DNA from: Eledone cirrhosa | Taxonomy: Eukaryota | Assembly: GCA_964016885.1 (NCBI GenBank) | Contig: OZ024741.1 | Span: 20,026,001 to 20,090,000, forward strand | Reading direction: 5' to 3' | DNA length: 64,000 bases | Shown here: positions 1 to 13,150 of the stretch, piece after piece | How the letters are laid out: every line of letters starts with the position of its first letter | How positions within the stretch are numbered: the first letter of the stretch is position 1 | Notes under the pieces: generated by a model | Told to the model about the DNA's origin: nothing | The model's input: the letters and a program-made list of their open reading frames with translations, nothing else | Databases searched by the model: none | Program-made: the position numbers and the translations under genes

Positions 1-1440
1 CTGTCGTTGTGGTTAAGTTGTCATCGCTGTCGTTGTTAAGTTATCATCATTGTCGTTGTTGAGTTATTATGGCTGTCTTTGTTAAGTTATCATCTCTGTC
101 GTTGTTAAGTTATCATCTCTGTCGTTGTTAAATTATCATCTCTGTCGTTGTTAAGTTATCATCTCTGTCGTTGTTAAGTTAACATCTCTGTCGTTGTTAA
201 GTTATCATCTCTGTCGTTGTTAAGTTATCATCACTGTCGTTAAGTTAGCAACTCTGTCGTTGTTAAGTTATCATCTTTGTCGTTGTTAAGTTATCATCAC
301 TGTCGTTGTTAAGCAATCATATCTGTCGTGGTTAAGTTATCATCTCTGTCGTTAAATTCTCATCGCTGTCATTGTTAAGTTATCATCTCTGTTGTTGTTA
401 TGTTATCATCTCTGTCGTTGTTAAATTATCATCACTGTCGTTGTTAAGTTCTCATCTCTGTCGTTGTTAAGATATCATCGCTGTCGTTGCTAAGTTATCA
501 TCGCTGTCGTTGTGGTTAAGTTATCATCGCTGTCGTTGTCAAGTTATCATCACTGTCGTTTTTAAATTATCATCACTGTCGTTGTTAAGTTATCAGCTCT
601 GTAGTTAAGTTATCATCTCTGTCGTTGTTTAGTTATCATCACTGTCGTTGTTAAGTTATCATCTCTGTCGTTGTTAAGTTATCATCACTATCGTTGTTAT
701 GTTATCATCTCTGTCGTTGTTAAGTTATCATCTCTGTTGTTGTTAAGTGATCATCACTGTCGTTGATAAGTTATCATCGTTGTCGTTGTTAAGTTATCAT
801 CTCTGTCGTTGTTAAGTTATCATCGATGTCGTTAAGTTATCATCACTGTCGTTGTTAAGTTATCAACGCTGTCGTTGTTAAGTTATCATCACAGTCGTTG
901 TTAAGTTATCATCGCTGCCGTTGTTAAATTATCATCTTTGTCGTTGTTAAGTTACCATCGCTGTCGTTGGTAAGTTATCATCGTTGTCGTTGTTAAGTTA
1001 TCATCACTGTCGTTGTTACGTTATCATCTCTGTCGTTGTTAAGTTATCATCGCTGTTGTTGTAAAATTATCATCACTGTCGTTGTTAAGTTATCATCTCT
1101 GTCGTTGTTAAGTTATCATCTCTGTTGTTGTTAAGTTATCTTCTCTGTCGTTGTTAAATTATCATCTCTGTCGTTGGTAAGTTATCATCTCTGTCGTTGT
1201 TACGTTATCATCTCTGTCGTTGTTAAGCAATCATATCTGTCGTGGTTAAGTTATCATCTCTGTCGTTAAATTCTCATCGCTGTCCTTGTTAAGTTATCAT
1301 CTCTGTCGTTGTTAAGTTCTCATCGCTGTCGTTGTTAAGTTCTCATCTCTGTCGTTGTTAAGTTCTCATCTCTGTCGTTGTTAAGTTATCATCTCTGTCG
1401 TTATTAAGTTATCATCTCTGTCGTTGTTAAGTTCTCATCG

Positions 1441-4400
1441 CTGTCGTTGCTAAGTTATCATCTCTGTCGTTGTTATGTTATCATCGCTGTCGTTGTTAAG
1501 TTCTCATCACTGTCGTTGTTAAGTTATCATCGCTGTCATTGTTAAGTTATCATCTCTGTTGTTGTTATGTTAGCATCTCTGTCGTTGTTAAATTATCATC
1601 ACTGTCGTTGTTAAGTTATCAGCTCTGTCGTTAAGTTATCATCTCTGTCTTTGTTAAGTTATCATCACTGTCGTTGTTAAGTTATCATCTCTGTCGTTAA
1701 GTTATCATCTCTGTCTTTGTTAAGTTATCATCACTGTCGTTATTAAGTTATCATCACCGTCGTTGTTAAGTTATCATCTCTGTCGTTGTTAAGTTATAAT
1801 CATTGTAATTGTTAAGTTATCATCTCTGTCTTTGTTAAGTTATCATCTCTGTCGTTGTTAAGTTATCATCTCTGTCGTTGTTAAGTTATCATCTCTGTCG
1901 TTGTTAAGTTATCATCTCTGTCGTTGTTAAGTTATCATCTCTGTCGTTGTTAAGTTATCATCAGTGTCGTTGTTAAGTTATCATCACTGTCGTTTTTAAT
2001 TTACGTCACTGTCGTTGTTAAGTTATCATCGCTGTCGTTGTTAAGTTATCATCGCTGTCGTTGTTAAGTTATCATCACTGTCGTTGTTAAGTTATCATGG
2101 CTGTCATTGTTAAGTTATCATCTCTGTCCTCGTTAAGTTATCATCACTGTCGTTGTTAAGTACTCATCGGTGCCGTTGCTAAGTTATCATCTCTGTCGTT
2201 GTTAAGTTATCATCGCTGTCATTGTTAAGTTATCATCTCTGTCGTTGTTTAGTTTTCATCACTGTCGTTGTTTAGTTCTCATCGGTGTCGTTGTTAAATT
2301 ATCATCTCTGTCGTGGTTAAGTTATCATCGCTGTCGTTGTTAAGTTATCATCACTGTCATTGTTAAGTTCTCATCGGTGTCGTTGTTAATATATTATCGC
2401 TGTCGTTAAATTATCATCACTGTCGTTATTAAGTTATCATCTCTGTCGTTGTTAAGTTATCATGGCTGTCGTTGTTAAATTCTCAACTCTACCGTTGTTA
2501 TGTTATCATCTCTGTCGTTTTTAAATTATCATCCCTGTCGTTGTTAAGTTATCATCTCTGTCGTTGTTAAGTTATCATCGCTGTCGTTAAGTTATCATCA
2601 CTGTCGTTATTAAGTTATCATCGCTGTCGTTGTTAAGTTCTCATCGCTGTTGTTGTTAAGTTATCATCTCTGTCGTTGTTATGTCATCATCGCTGTCGTT
2701 GTTAAGTTCTCATCACTGTCGTTGTTAAGTTATCATCACTGTCTTTGTTATGTTATCATCGCTGTCGTTGTTAAGTTAACATCTCTGTCGATGTTAAGTT
2801 GTCATCACTGTCGTTGTTAAGTTATCCTCTCTCTCGTTGTTAAGTAATCATCGCTGTTATCGTTAAGTTATCATCACTGTCGTTAAGTTATCATCGCTGT
2901 AGTTGTTAAGTTATCGTCGCTGTCGTTGTTAAGTTATCATCGCTGTCGTTAAGTTACCATCTCTGTCGTTGTTAAGTTATCATCGCTGTCGTTGTTAATT
3001 ATCATCACTGTCGTTGTTAAGTTCTCATCTCTGTCGTTGTTAAGTTATCAACGCTGTCATTGTTAAGTTATCATCTCTGTCGTTGTTAAGTTATCATCTC
3101 TGTCTTTGTTAAGTTATCATCACTGTCGTTGTTAAGTTATCATCACTGTCGTTGTTAAGTTATCATATCTGTCGTTGTTAAGTTATCAACGCTGTCATTG
3201 TTAAGTTATCAGCGCTGTCGTTAAGTTATCATCTCTCTCTTTGTTAAGATATCATCACTGTCGTTGTTAAGTTATCATCTCTGTCTTTGTTAAGTTATCA
3301 TCACTGTCGTTGTTAAGTTATCATCTCTGTCGTTGTTATGTTATCATCATTGTCGTTGTTAAGTTATCATCTCTGTATTTGTTAAGTTATCATCTCTGTC
3401 GTTGTTAAGTTATCATCTCTGTCGTTGTTAAATTATCATCTCTGTCGTTGTTAAGTTATCATCTCTGTCGTTGTTAAGTTATCATCTCTGTCGTTGTTAA
3501 GTTATCATCTCTGTCGTTGTTAAGTTATCATCACTGTCGTTAAGTTATCATCTCTGTCGTTGTTAAGTTATCATCTCTGTCGTTGTTAAGTTATCATCAC
3601 TGTCGTTGTTAACTTATCATCTCTGTCGTTGTGAAGTTATCATATCTGTCGTTGTTAAGTTATCATCTCTGTTGTTGTTAAGTTATCATCACTGTCGTTG
3701 TTAAGTTATCATCGCTGCCGTTGTTAAGTTATCATCTCTGTCGTTGTTAAGTTATCATCACTGTCGTTGCTAAGTTATCATCTCTGTCGTTGTTAAGTTA
3801 TCATATCTGTCGTTGTTAAGTTATCATCTCTGTTGTTGTTAAGTTATCATCACTGTCGTTGTTAAGTGATCATCTCTGCCGTTGTTAAGTTATCATCACT
3901 GTCGTTGTTATGTTATCATCTCTGTGGTTGTTATGTTATCATCTCTGTCGTTGTTAAGTTATCATCTCTGTGGTTGTTAAGTTATCATCACTGTCGTTGT
4001 TAGATTATCATCGCTGTCGTTGTTAAGTTATCATCGCTGTCGTTGTTAAGTTTTCTAAGTCGGTGTTAATTTATCATCTCTGCCGTTGATAAGTTATCAT
4101 CTCTGTCGTTGTTAAGTTATCATCTCTGTCGTTGTTAAGTTATCATCTCTGTCGTTGTTAAGTTATCATCGCTGTCGTTGTTAAGTTATCATCTCTGTCG
4201 TTGTTAAGTTATCATCTCTGTCGTTGCTAAGTTATCATCTCTGTCGTTGTTATGTTATCATCGCTGTCGTTGTTAAGTTCTCATCACTGTCGTTGTTAAG
4301 TTATCATCGCTGTCATTGTTAAGTTATCATCTCTGTTGTTGTTATGTTAGCATCTCTGTCGTTGTTAAATTATCATCACTGTCGTTGTTAAGTTATCAGC

Positions 4401-6993
4401 TCTGTCGTTAAGTTATCATCTCTGTCTTTGTTAAGTTATCATCACTGTCGTTGTTAAGTTATCATCTCTGTCGTTAAGTTATCATCTCTGTCTTTGTTAA
4501 GTTATCATCACTGTCGTTATTAAGTTATCATCACCGTCGTTGTTAAGTTATCATCTCTGTCGTTGTTAAGTTATAATCATTGTAATTGTTAAGTTATCAT
4601 CTCTGTCTTTGTTAAGTTATCATCTCTGTCGTTGTTAAGTTATCATCTCTGTCGTTGTTAAGTTATCATCTCTGTCGTTGTTAAGTTATCATCTCTGTCG
4701 TTGTTAAGTTATCATCTCTGTCGTTGTTAAGTTATCATCAGTGTCGTTGTTAAGTTATCATCACTGTCGTTTTTAATTTACATCACTGTCGTTGTTAAGT
4801 TATCATCGCTGTCGTTGTTAAGTTATCATCGCTGTCGTTGTTAAGTTATCATCACTGTCGTTGTTAAGTTATCATGGCTGTCATTGTTAAGTTATCATCT
4901 CTGTCCTCGTTAAGTTATCATCACTGTCGTTGTTAAGTACTCATCGGTGCCGTTGCTAAGTTATCATCTCTGTCGTTGTTAAGTTATCATCGCTGTCATT
5001 GTTAAGTTATCATCTCTGTCGTTGTTTAGTTTTCATCACTGTCGTTGTTTAGTTCTCATCGGTGTCGTTGTTAAATTATCATCTCTGTCGTGGTTAAGTT
5101 ATCATCGCTGTCGTTGTTAAGTTGTCATCACTGTCATTGTTAAGTTCTCATCGGTGTCGTTGTTAATATATTATCGCTGTCGTTAAATTATCATCACTGT
5201 CGTTATTAAGTTATCATCTCTGTCGTTGTTAAATTATCATGGCTGTCGTTGTTAAATTCTCAACTCTACCGTTGTTATGTTATCATCTCTGTCGTTTTTA
5301 AATTATCATCCCTGTCGTTGTTAAGTTATCATCTCTGTCGTTGTTAAGTTATCATCGCTGTCGTTAAGTTATCATCACTGTCGTTATTAAGTTATCATCG
5401 CTGTCGTTGTTAAGTTCTCATCGCTGTTGTTGTTAAGTTATCATCTCTGTCGTTGTTATGTCATCATCGCTGTCGTTGTTAAGTTCTCATCACTGTCGTT
5501 GTTAAGTTATCATCACTGTCTTTGTTATGTTATCATCACTGTCGTTGTTAAGTTAACATCTCTGTCGATGTTAAGTTGTCATCACTGTCGTTGTTAAGTT
5601 ATCCTCTCTCTCGTTGTTAAGTAATCATCGCTGTTATCGTTAAGTTATCATCACTGTCGTTAAGTTATCATCGCTGTAGTTGTTAAGTTATCATCGCTGT
5701 CGTTGTTAAGTTATCATCGCTGTCGTTAAGTTACCATCTCTGTCGTTGTTAAGTTATCATCGCTGTCGTTGTTAATTATCATCACTGTCGTTGTTAAGTT
5801 CTCATCTCTGTCGTTGTTAAGTTATCAACGCTGTCATTGTTAAGTTATCATCTCTGTCGTTGTTAAGTTATCATCTCTGTCTTTGTTAAGTTATCATCAC
5901 TGTCGTTGTTAAGTTATCATCACTGTCGTTGTTAAGTTATCATATCTGTCGTTGTTAAGTTATCAACGCTGTCATTGTTAAGTTATCAGCGCTGTCGTTA
6001 AGTTATCATCTCTCTCTTTGTTAAGATATCATCACTGTCGTTGTTAAGTTATCATCTCTGTCTTTGTTAAGTTATCATCACTGTCGTTGTTAAGTTATCA
6101 TCTCTGTCGTTGTTATGTTATCATCATTGTCGTTGTTAAGTTATCATCTCTGTATTTGTTAAGTTATCATCTCTGTCGTTGTTAAGTTATCATCTCTGTC
6201 GTTGTTAAATTATCATCTCTGTCGTTGTTAAGTTATCATCTCTGTCGTTGTTAAGTTATCATCTCTGTCGTTGTTAAGTTATCATCTCTGTCGTTGTTAA
6301 GTTATCATCACTGTCGTTAAGTTATCATCTCTGTCGTTGTTAAGTTATCATCTCTGTCGTTGTTAAGTTATCATCACTGTCGTTGTTAACTTATCATCTC
6401 TGTCGTTGTGAAGTTATCATATCTGTCGTTGTTAAGTTATCATCTCTGTTGTTGTTAAGTTATCATCACTGTCGTTGTTAAGTTATCATCGCTGCCGTTG
6501 TTAAGTTATCATCTCTGTCGTTGTTAAGTTATCATCACTGTCGTTGTTAAGTTATCATCTCTGTCGTTGTTAAGTTATCATATCTGTCGTTGTTAAGTTA
6601 TCATCTCTGTTGTTGTTAAGTTATCATCACTGTCGTTGTTAAGTGATCATCTCTGCCGTTGTTAAGTTATCATCACTGTCGTTGTTATGTTATCATCTCT
6701 GTGGTTGTTATGTTATCATCTCTGTCGTTGTTAAGTTATCATCTCTGTGGTTGTTAAGTTATCATCACTGTCGTTGTTAGATTATCATCGCTGTCGTTGT
6801 TAAGTTATCATCGCTGTCGTTGTTAAGTTTTCTAAGTCGGTGTTAATTTATCATCTCTGCCGTTGATAAGTTATCATCTCTGTCGTTGTTAAGTTATCAT
6901 CTCTGTCGTTGTTAAGTTATCATCTCTGTCGTTGTTAAGTTATCATCGCTGTCGTTGTTAAGTTATCATCTCTGTCGTTGTTAAGTTATCATC
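1441..6993. repeat. 2777-bp tandem block duplication within the 23-bp satellite (copy 1 ~1441-4217, copy 2 ~4218-6993)
   Basis: Rare variants recur at a constant 2777 offset: gttgctaag 1446/4223, ttataatcattgtaatt 1794/4571, ttttctaagtcggtg 4051/6828. Confidence 0.93.
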
Positions 6994-9542
6994 GATGTCG
7001 TTAAGTTATCATCTCTGTCGTTGTTAAGTTATCATCTCTGTCGTTGTTAAGTTATCATCGCTGTCGTTGTTAAGTTATCATCTCTGTCGTTGTTAAGTTA
7101 TCATCGATGTCGTTAAGTTATCATCTCTGTCGTTGTTAAGTTATCATCGCTGCCGTTGTTAAGTTATCATCTCTGTCGTTGTTAAGTTATCATCGATGTC
7201 GTTAAGTTATCATCTCTGTCGTTGTTAAGTTATCATCACTGTCGTTTTTAAATTATCATCCCTGTCGTTGTTAAGTTATCATCTCTGTCGTTGTTAAGTT
7301 ATCATCGCTGTCGTTAAGTTATCATCACTGTCGTTATTAAGTTATCATCGCTGTCGTTGTTAAGTTACCATCTCTGTCGTTTTTAAGCTATCATATCTGT
7401 CGTTGTTAAGTTATCATCTCTGTTGTTGTTAAGTTATCATCACTGTCGTTCTTAAGTTATCATCACTGTCGTTGTTAAGTTATCATATCTGTCGTTGTTA
7501 AGTTATCATCTCTGTTGTTGTTAAGTTATCATCACTGTCGTTGTTAAGTGATCATCACTGTCGTTGTTAAGTTATCATATCTGTCGTTGTTAAGTTAACA
7601 TCTCTGTTGTTGTTAAGTTATCATCACTGTCGTTCTTAAGTTATCGTCACTGTCGTTGTTAAGTTATCTTCGCTGTCATTGTTAAGTTATCATCACTGTC
7701 GTTAAGTTATCATCGCTGTCGTTGTTAAGTTATCATCACTGTCGTTGTTAAGTTATCATATCTGTCGTTGTTAAGTTATCATCTATGTTGTTGTTAAGTT
7801 ATCATCACTGTCGTTCTTAAGTTATCATCACTGTCGTTGTTAAGTTATCATATCTGTCGTTGTTAAGTTATCATCTCTGTCGTTGTTAAATTATCATCAC
7901 TGTCGTTGTTAAGTTATCATCGCTGTCATTGTTAAGTTATCATCTCTGTCCTTGATAATTTATCATCACTGTCGTGGATAAGTTATCATCGCTGTCGTGG
8001 TTAAGTTATCTTCGCTGTCGTTGTTAAGTTATCATCGCTGTCGTTGTTAAGTTCTCATCGGTGTCGTTGTTAAGTTATCATCGCTGTTGTTGTTAAGTTC
8101 TCATCGGTGTCGTTGTTAAGTTATCATCACTGTCGTTGTTAAGTTATCATCACTGTCGTGGTTAAGTTATCATCGCTGTCGTTGTTAAGTTCTCATCGGT
8201 GTCGTTGTTAAGTTATCATCACTGTCGTTGTTAAGTTATCATCACTGTCGTTGTTAAGTTATCATCACTGTCGTGGTTAAGTTATCATCGCTGTCGTTGT
8301 TAAGTTCTCATCGGTGTCGTTGTTAAGTTATCATCACTGTCGTTGTTAAGTTATCATCACTGTCGTTGTTAAGTTCTCATCACTGTCGTGGTTAAGTTAT
8401 CATCACTGTTGTGGTTAAGTTATCATCGCTGTCGTTGTTAAGTTCTCATCGGTGTCGTTGTTAAGTTATCATCACTGTCGTGGTTAAGTTATCATCGCTG
8501 TCGTTGTTAAGTTATCATCACTGTCGTGGTTAAGTTATCAGCACTGTCGTTATTAAGTTATAATCTCTGTCGTTGTTAAGTTATCATGGCTGTCGTTAAA
8601 TTATCAAATCTACCGTTGTTAAGTTATCATCTCTGTCGTTTTCAAATTATCATCCCTGTCGTTGTTAAGTTATCATCTCTGTCGTTGTTAAGTTATCATC
8701 GCTGTCGTTAAGTTATCATCACTGTCGTTATTAAGTTATCATCGATATCGTTAATAAGTTCTCATCGCTGTCGTCGTTAAGTTATCATCTCTGTCGTTGT
8801 TAAGTTATTCTCTCTGTCGTTGTTAAGTTATCATCGCTGTCGTTGCTAAATTATCATCTCTGTCGTTGTTAAGTTATCATCACTGTCGTTGTTATGTTAT
8901 CTTCGCTGTCATTGTTAAGTTATCATCACTGTCGTTAAGTTATCATCGCTGTCGTTGTTAAGTTATCATCTCTGTCGTTGTTAAATTATCATCGCTGTCG
9001 TTGTTAAGTTATCATCACTGTCGTTGTTAAGTTATTATCTCTGCCGTTGATAAGTTATCATCTCTGTCGTTAAGTTATCATCTCTCTCATTGTTAAATTA
9101 TCATCTCTGTTGTTGTTAAGTTATCATCTCTGTCGTTGTTAAGTTATCATCACTGTCGTTGTTAAGTTATCATCTCTGTCGTTGTTATCATATCTGTCGT
9201 TGTTAAGTTATCATCTCTGTTGTTGTTAAGTTATCATCACTGTCTTTGTTAAGTTATCATCGCTGTCGTTGTTAAGTGATCATCGCTGTCGTTAAGTTAT
9301 CATCTCTGTCATTGTTAAGTTATCATCACTGTCGTTGTTAAGTTATCATCTCTGTTGTTGTTAAGTTATCATCACTGTCGTTGTTAAGTTATCATCTCTG
9401 TCGTTGTTAAGTGATCATCGCTGTCGTTAGTTATCATCTCTGTCTTTGTTAAGTTATCATCTCTGTCGTTGTTAAGTTATCATCTCTGTCGTTGTTAAGT
9501 TATCATCTCTGTCGTTGTTAAGTTATCATCTCTGTCGTTGTT

Positions 9543-12500
9543 AAGTGATCATCACTGTCGTTGTTAAGTTATCATCACTGTCGTTGTTAAGATATCATCT
9601 CTGTCGTTGTTAAGTTATCATCTCTATCGTTCTTAAGTTATCATCACTGTCGTTGTTATGTTATCATCTCTGTCGTTGTTAAGTTATCATCTCTGTTGTT
9701 GTTAAGTTATCGTCACTGTCGTTGTTAGGTTATCATCGCTGTCGTTGTTAAGTAATCATCGCTGTCGTTGTTAAGTTATCATCTCTGTCGTTGTTAAGTT
9801 ATCATCGATGTCGTTAAGTTATCATCACTGTCGTTGTTAAGTTATCAACGCTTTCGTTGTTAAGTTATTATCACTGTCGTTGTTAAGTTATCATCGCTGT
9901 CGTTGTTAAATTATCATCTCTGTCGTTGTTAAGTTATCATCGCTGTCGTTGTTAAGTTATTATCTCTGCCGTTGATAAGTTATCATCTCTGTCGTTAAGT
10001 TATCGTCTCTGTCGTTCTTAAGTTATCATCGCTGTCGTTGTTAAGTTATCATCAGTGTCGTTGTTAAGTTATTATCGCTGTCGTTAAGTTATCATCACTG
10101 TCGTTATTAAGTTATCATCCCTGTCGTTGTTAAGTTATGATCTCTGTCGTTGTTAAGTTATCATCGCTGTCGTTAAGTTATCATCACTGTCGTTATTAAG
10201 TTATCATCGCTGTCGTCGTTAAGTTATCATCTCTGTCGTTGTTATGTTATCATCGCTGTCGTTGTTAATTTATCATCTCTGTCGGTGTTAAGTTGTCATC
10301 ACTGTCGTTGTTAAGTTATTCTCTCTGTCGTTTTTAAGTTATCATCGCTGTCGTTAAGTTATCATCTCTGTCGTTGTTATGTTATCATCACTGTCGTTGT
10401 TATGTTATCTTCGCTGTCATTGTTAAATTATCATCACTGTCGTTAAGTTATCATCGCTGTCGTTGTTAAGTTATCATCTCTGTCGTTGTTAAGTTATCTT
10501 CGCTGTCGTTGTTAAGTTATCATCACTGTCGTTGTTAAGTTATCATCTCTGTCGTTGTTAAGTTATCATCGCTGTCGTTGTTAAGTTATTATCTCTGTCG
10601 TTGTTAGGTTATCATCTCTGTTTTTGTTAAGTTATCATCTCTGTCGTTGTTAAATTATCATCTCTGTCGTGGTTAAGTTCTCATCTATGTCGTTGTTAAG
10701 TTATCAACGCTGTCATTGTTAAGTTATCATCGCTGTCGTTTTTAAATTATCATCACTGTCGTTGTTAAGTTATCATCTCTGTCGTTAAGTTATCATCTCT
10801 GTCTTTGTTAAGTTATCATCACTGTTGTTGTTAAGTTATCATCACTGTCGTTGTTAAGTTATCATCTCTGTCGTTGTTAAGTTATCATCTCTGTCCTTGT
10901 TAAATTATCATCTCTGTCGTTGTTAAGTTATCATCTCTGTCGTTGTTAAGTTATCATCTCTGTCGTGGTTAAGTTCTCATCTCTGTCGTTGTTAAGTTAT
11001 CATCACTGTTGTTGTTAAGTTATCATCACTGTCGTTGTTAAGTTATCATCTCTGTCGTTGTTAAGTCATCATCTCTGTCCTTGTTAAATTATCATCTCTG
11101 TCGTTGTTAAGTTATCATCTCTGTCGTTGTTAAGTTATCATCTCTGTCGTGGTTAAGTTCTCATCTCTGTCGTTGTTAAGTTATCAACGCTGTCATTGTT
11201 AAGTTATCATCGCTGTCGTGGTTAAGTTATCATCTCTGTCGTTTTTAAATTATCATCACTGTCGTTGTTAAGTTATCATCTCTGTCGTTAAGTTATCATC
11301 TCTGTTCTTGTTAAGTTATCATCACTGTCGTTGTTAAGTTCTCATCGGTGTCGTTGCTAAGTTATCATCTCTGTCGTTGTTAAGTTATCATCTCTGTCGT
11401 TGTTAAGTGATCATCACTGTCGTTGTTAAGTTATCATCACTGTCGTTGTTAAGATATCATCTCTGTCGTTGTTAAGTTATCATCTCTATCGTTCTTAAGT
11501 TATCATCACTGTCGTTGTTATGTTATCATCTCTGTCGTTGTTAAGTTATCATCTCTGTTGTTGTTAAGTTATCGTCACTGTCGTTGTTAGGTTATCATCG
11601 CTGTCGTTGTTAAGTTATCATCGCTGTCGTTGTTAAGTTATCATCTCTGTCGTTGTTAAGTTATCATCGATGTCGTTAAGTTATCATCACTGTCGTTGTT
11701 AAGTTATCAACGCTGTCGTTGTTAAGTTATCATCACTGTCGTTGTTAAGTTATCATCGCTGTCGTTGTTAAATTATCATCTCTGTCGTTGTTAAGTTATC
11801 ATCGCTGCCGTTGTTAAGTTATTATCTCTGCCGTTGATAATTTATCATCTCTGTCGTTAAGTTATCATCACTGTCGTTATTAAGTTATCATCGCTGTCGT
11901 CGTTAAGTTATCATCTCTGTCGTTGTTATGTTATCAACTCTGTCGTTGTTAAGTTATCATCGCTGTCGTTAAGTTATCATCACTGTCGTTATTAAGTTAT
12001 CATCGCTGTCGTCGTTAAGTTATCATCTCTGTCGGTGTTAAGTTGTCATCACTGTCGTTGTTAAGTTATTCTCTCTGTCGTTTTTAAGTTATCATCGCTG
12101 TCGTTAAGTTATCATCTCTGTCGTTGTTATGTTATCATCACTGTCGTTGTTATGTTATCTTCGCTGTCATTGTTAAATTATCATCACTGTCGTTAAGTTA
12201 TCATCGCTGTCGTTGTTAAGTTATCATCTCTGTCGTTGTTAAGTTATCATCGCTGTTGTTGTTAAGTTATCATCACTGTCGTTGTTAAGTTATCATCTCT
12301 GTCGTTGTTAAGTTATCATCGCTGTCGTTGTTAAGTTATTATCTCTGTTTTTGTTAAGTTATCATCTCTGTCGTTGTTAAATTATCATCTCTGTCGTGGT
12401 TAAGTTCTCATCTCTGTCGTTGTTACGTTATCAACGCTGTCATTGTTAAGTTATCATCGCTGTCGTTTTTAAATTATCATCACTGTCGTTGTTAAGTTAT

Positions 12501-13150
12501 CAACGCTGTCATTGTTAAGTTATCATCGCTGTCGTTTTTAAATTATCATCACTGTCGTTGTTAAGGTATCATCTCTGTCGTTAAGTTATCATCTCTGTCT
12601 TTGTTAAGTTATCATCACTGTCGTTGTTAAGTTATCATCTCTGTCGTTGTTAAGTTATCATCTCTGTCCTTGTTAAATTATCATCTCTGTCGTTATTAAG
12701 TTATCATCTCTGTCGTTGTTAAGTTATCATCTCTGTCGTGGTTAAGTTCTCATCTCTGTCGTTGTTAAGTTATCATCACTGTTGTTGTTAAGTTATCATC
12801 ACTGTCGTTGTTAAGTTATCATCTCTGTCGTTGTTAAGTTATCATCTCTGTCCTTGTTAAATTATCATCTCTGTCGTTGTTAAGTTATCATCTCTGTCGT
12901 TGTTAAGTTATCATCTCTGTCGTGGTCAAGTTCTCATCTCTGTCGTTGTTAAGTTATCAACGCTGTCATTGTTAAGTTATCATCGCTGTCGTTGTTAAGT
13001 TATCATCTCTGTCGTTTTTAAATTATCATCACTGTCGTTGTTAAGTTATCATCTCTGTCGTTAAGTTATCATCTCTGTCCTTGTTAAGTTATCATCACTG
13101 TCGTTGTTAAGTTCTCATCGGTGTCGTTGCTAAGTTATCATCTCTGTCGT
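9543..13150. repeat. Older, imperfect ~1.8-kb block duplication within the 23-bp satellite
   Basis: Variant string aagtgatc...aagatatc...ctatcgttcttaag at 9543/11405 (offset 1862); gtcggtgttaagttgtc at 10281/12031 (offset 1750). The changing offset implies monomer gain/loss; boundaries approximate. Confidence 0.8.
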
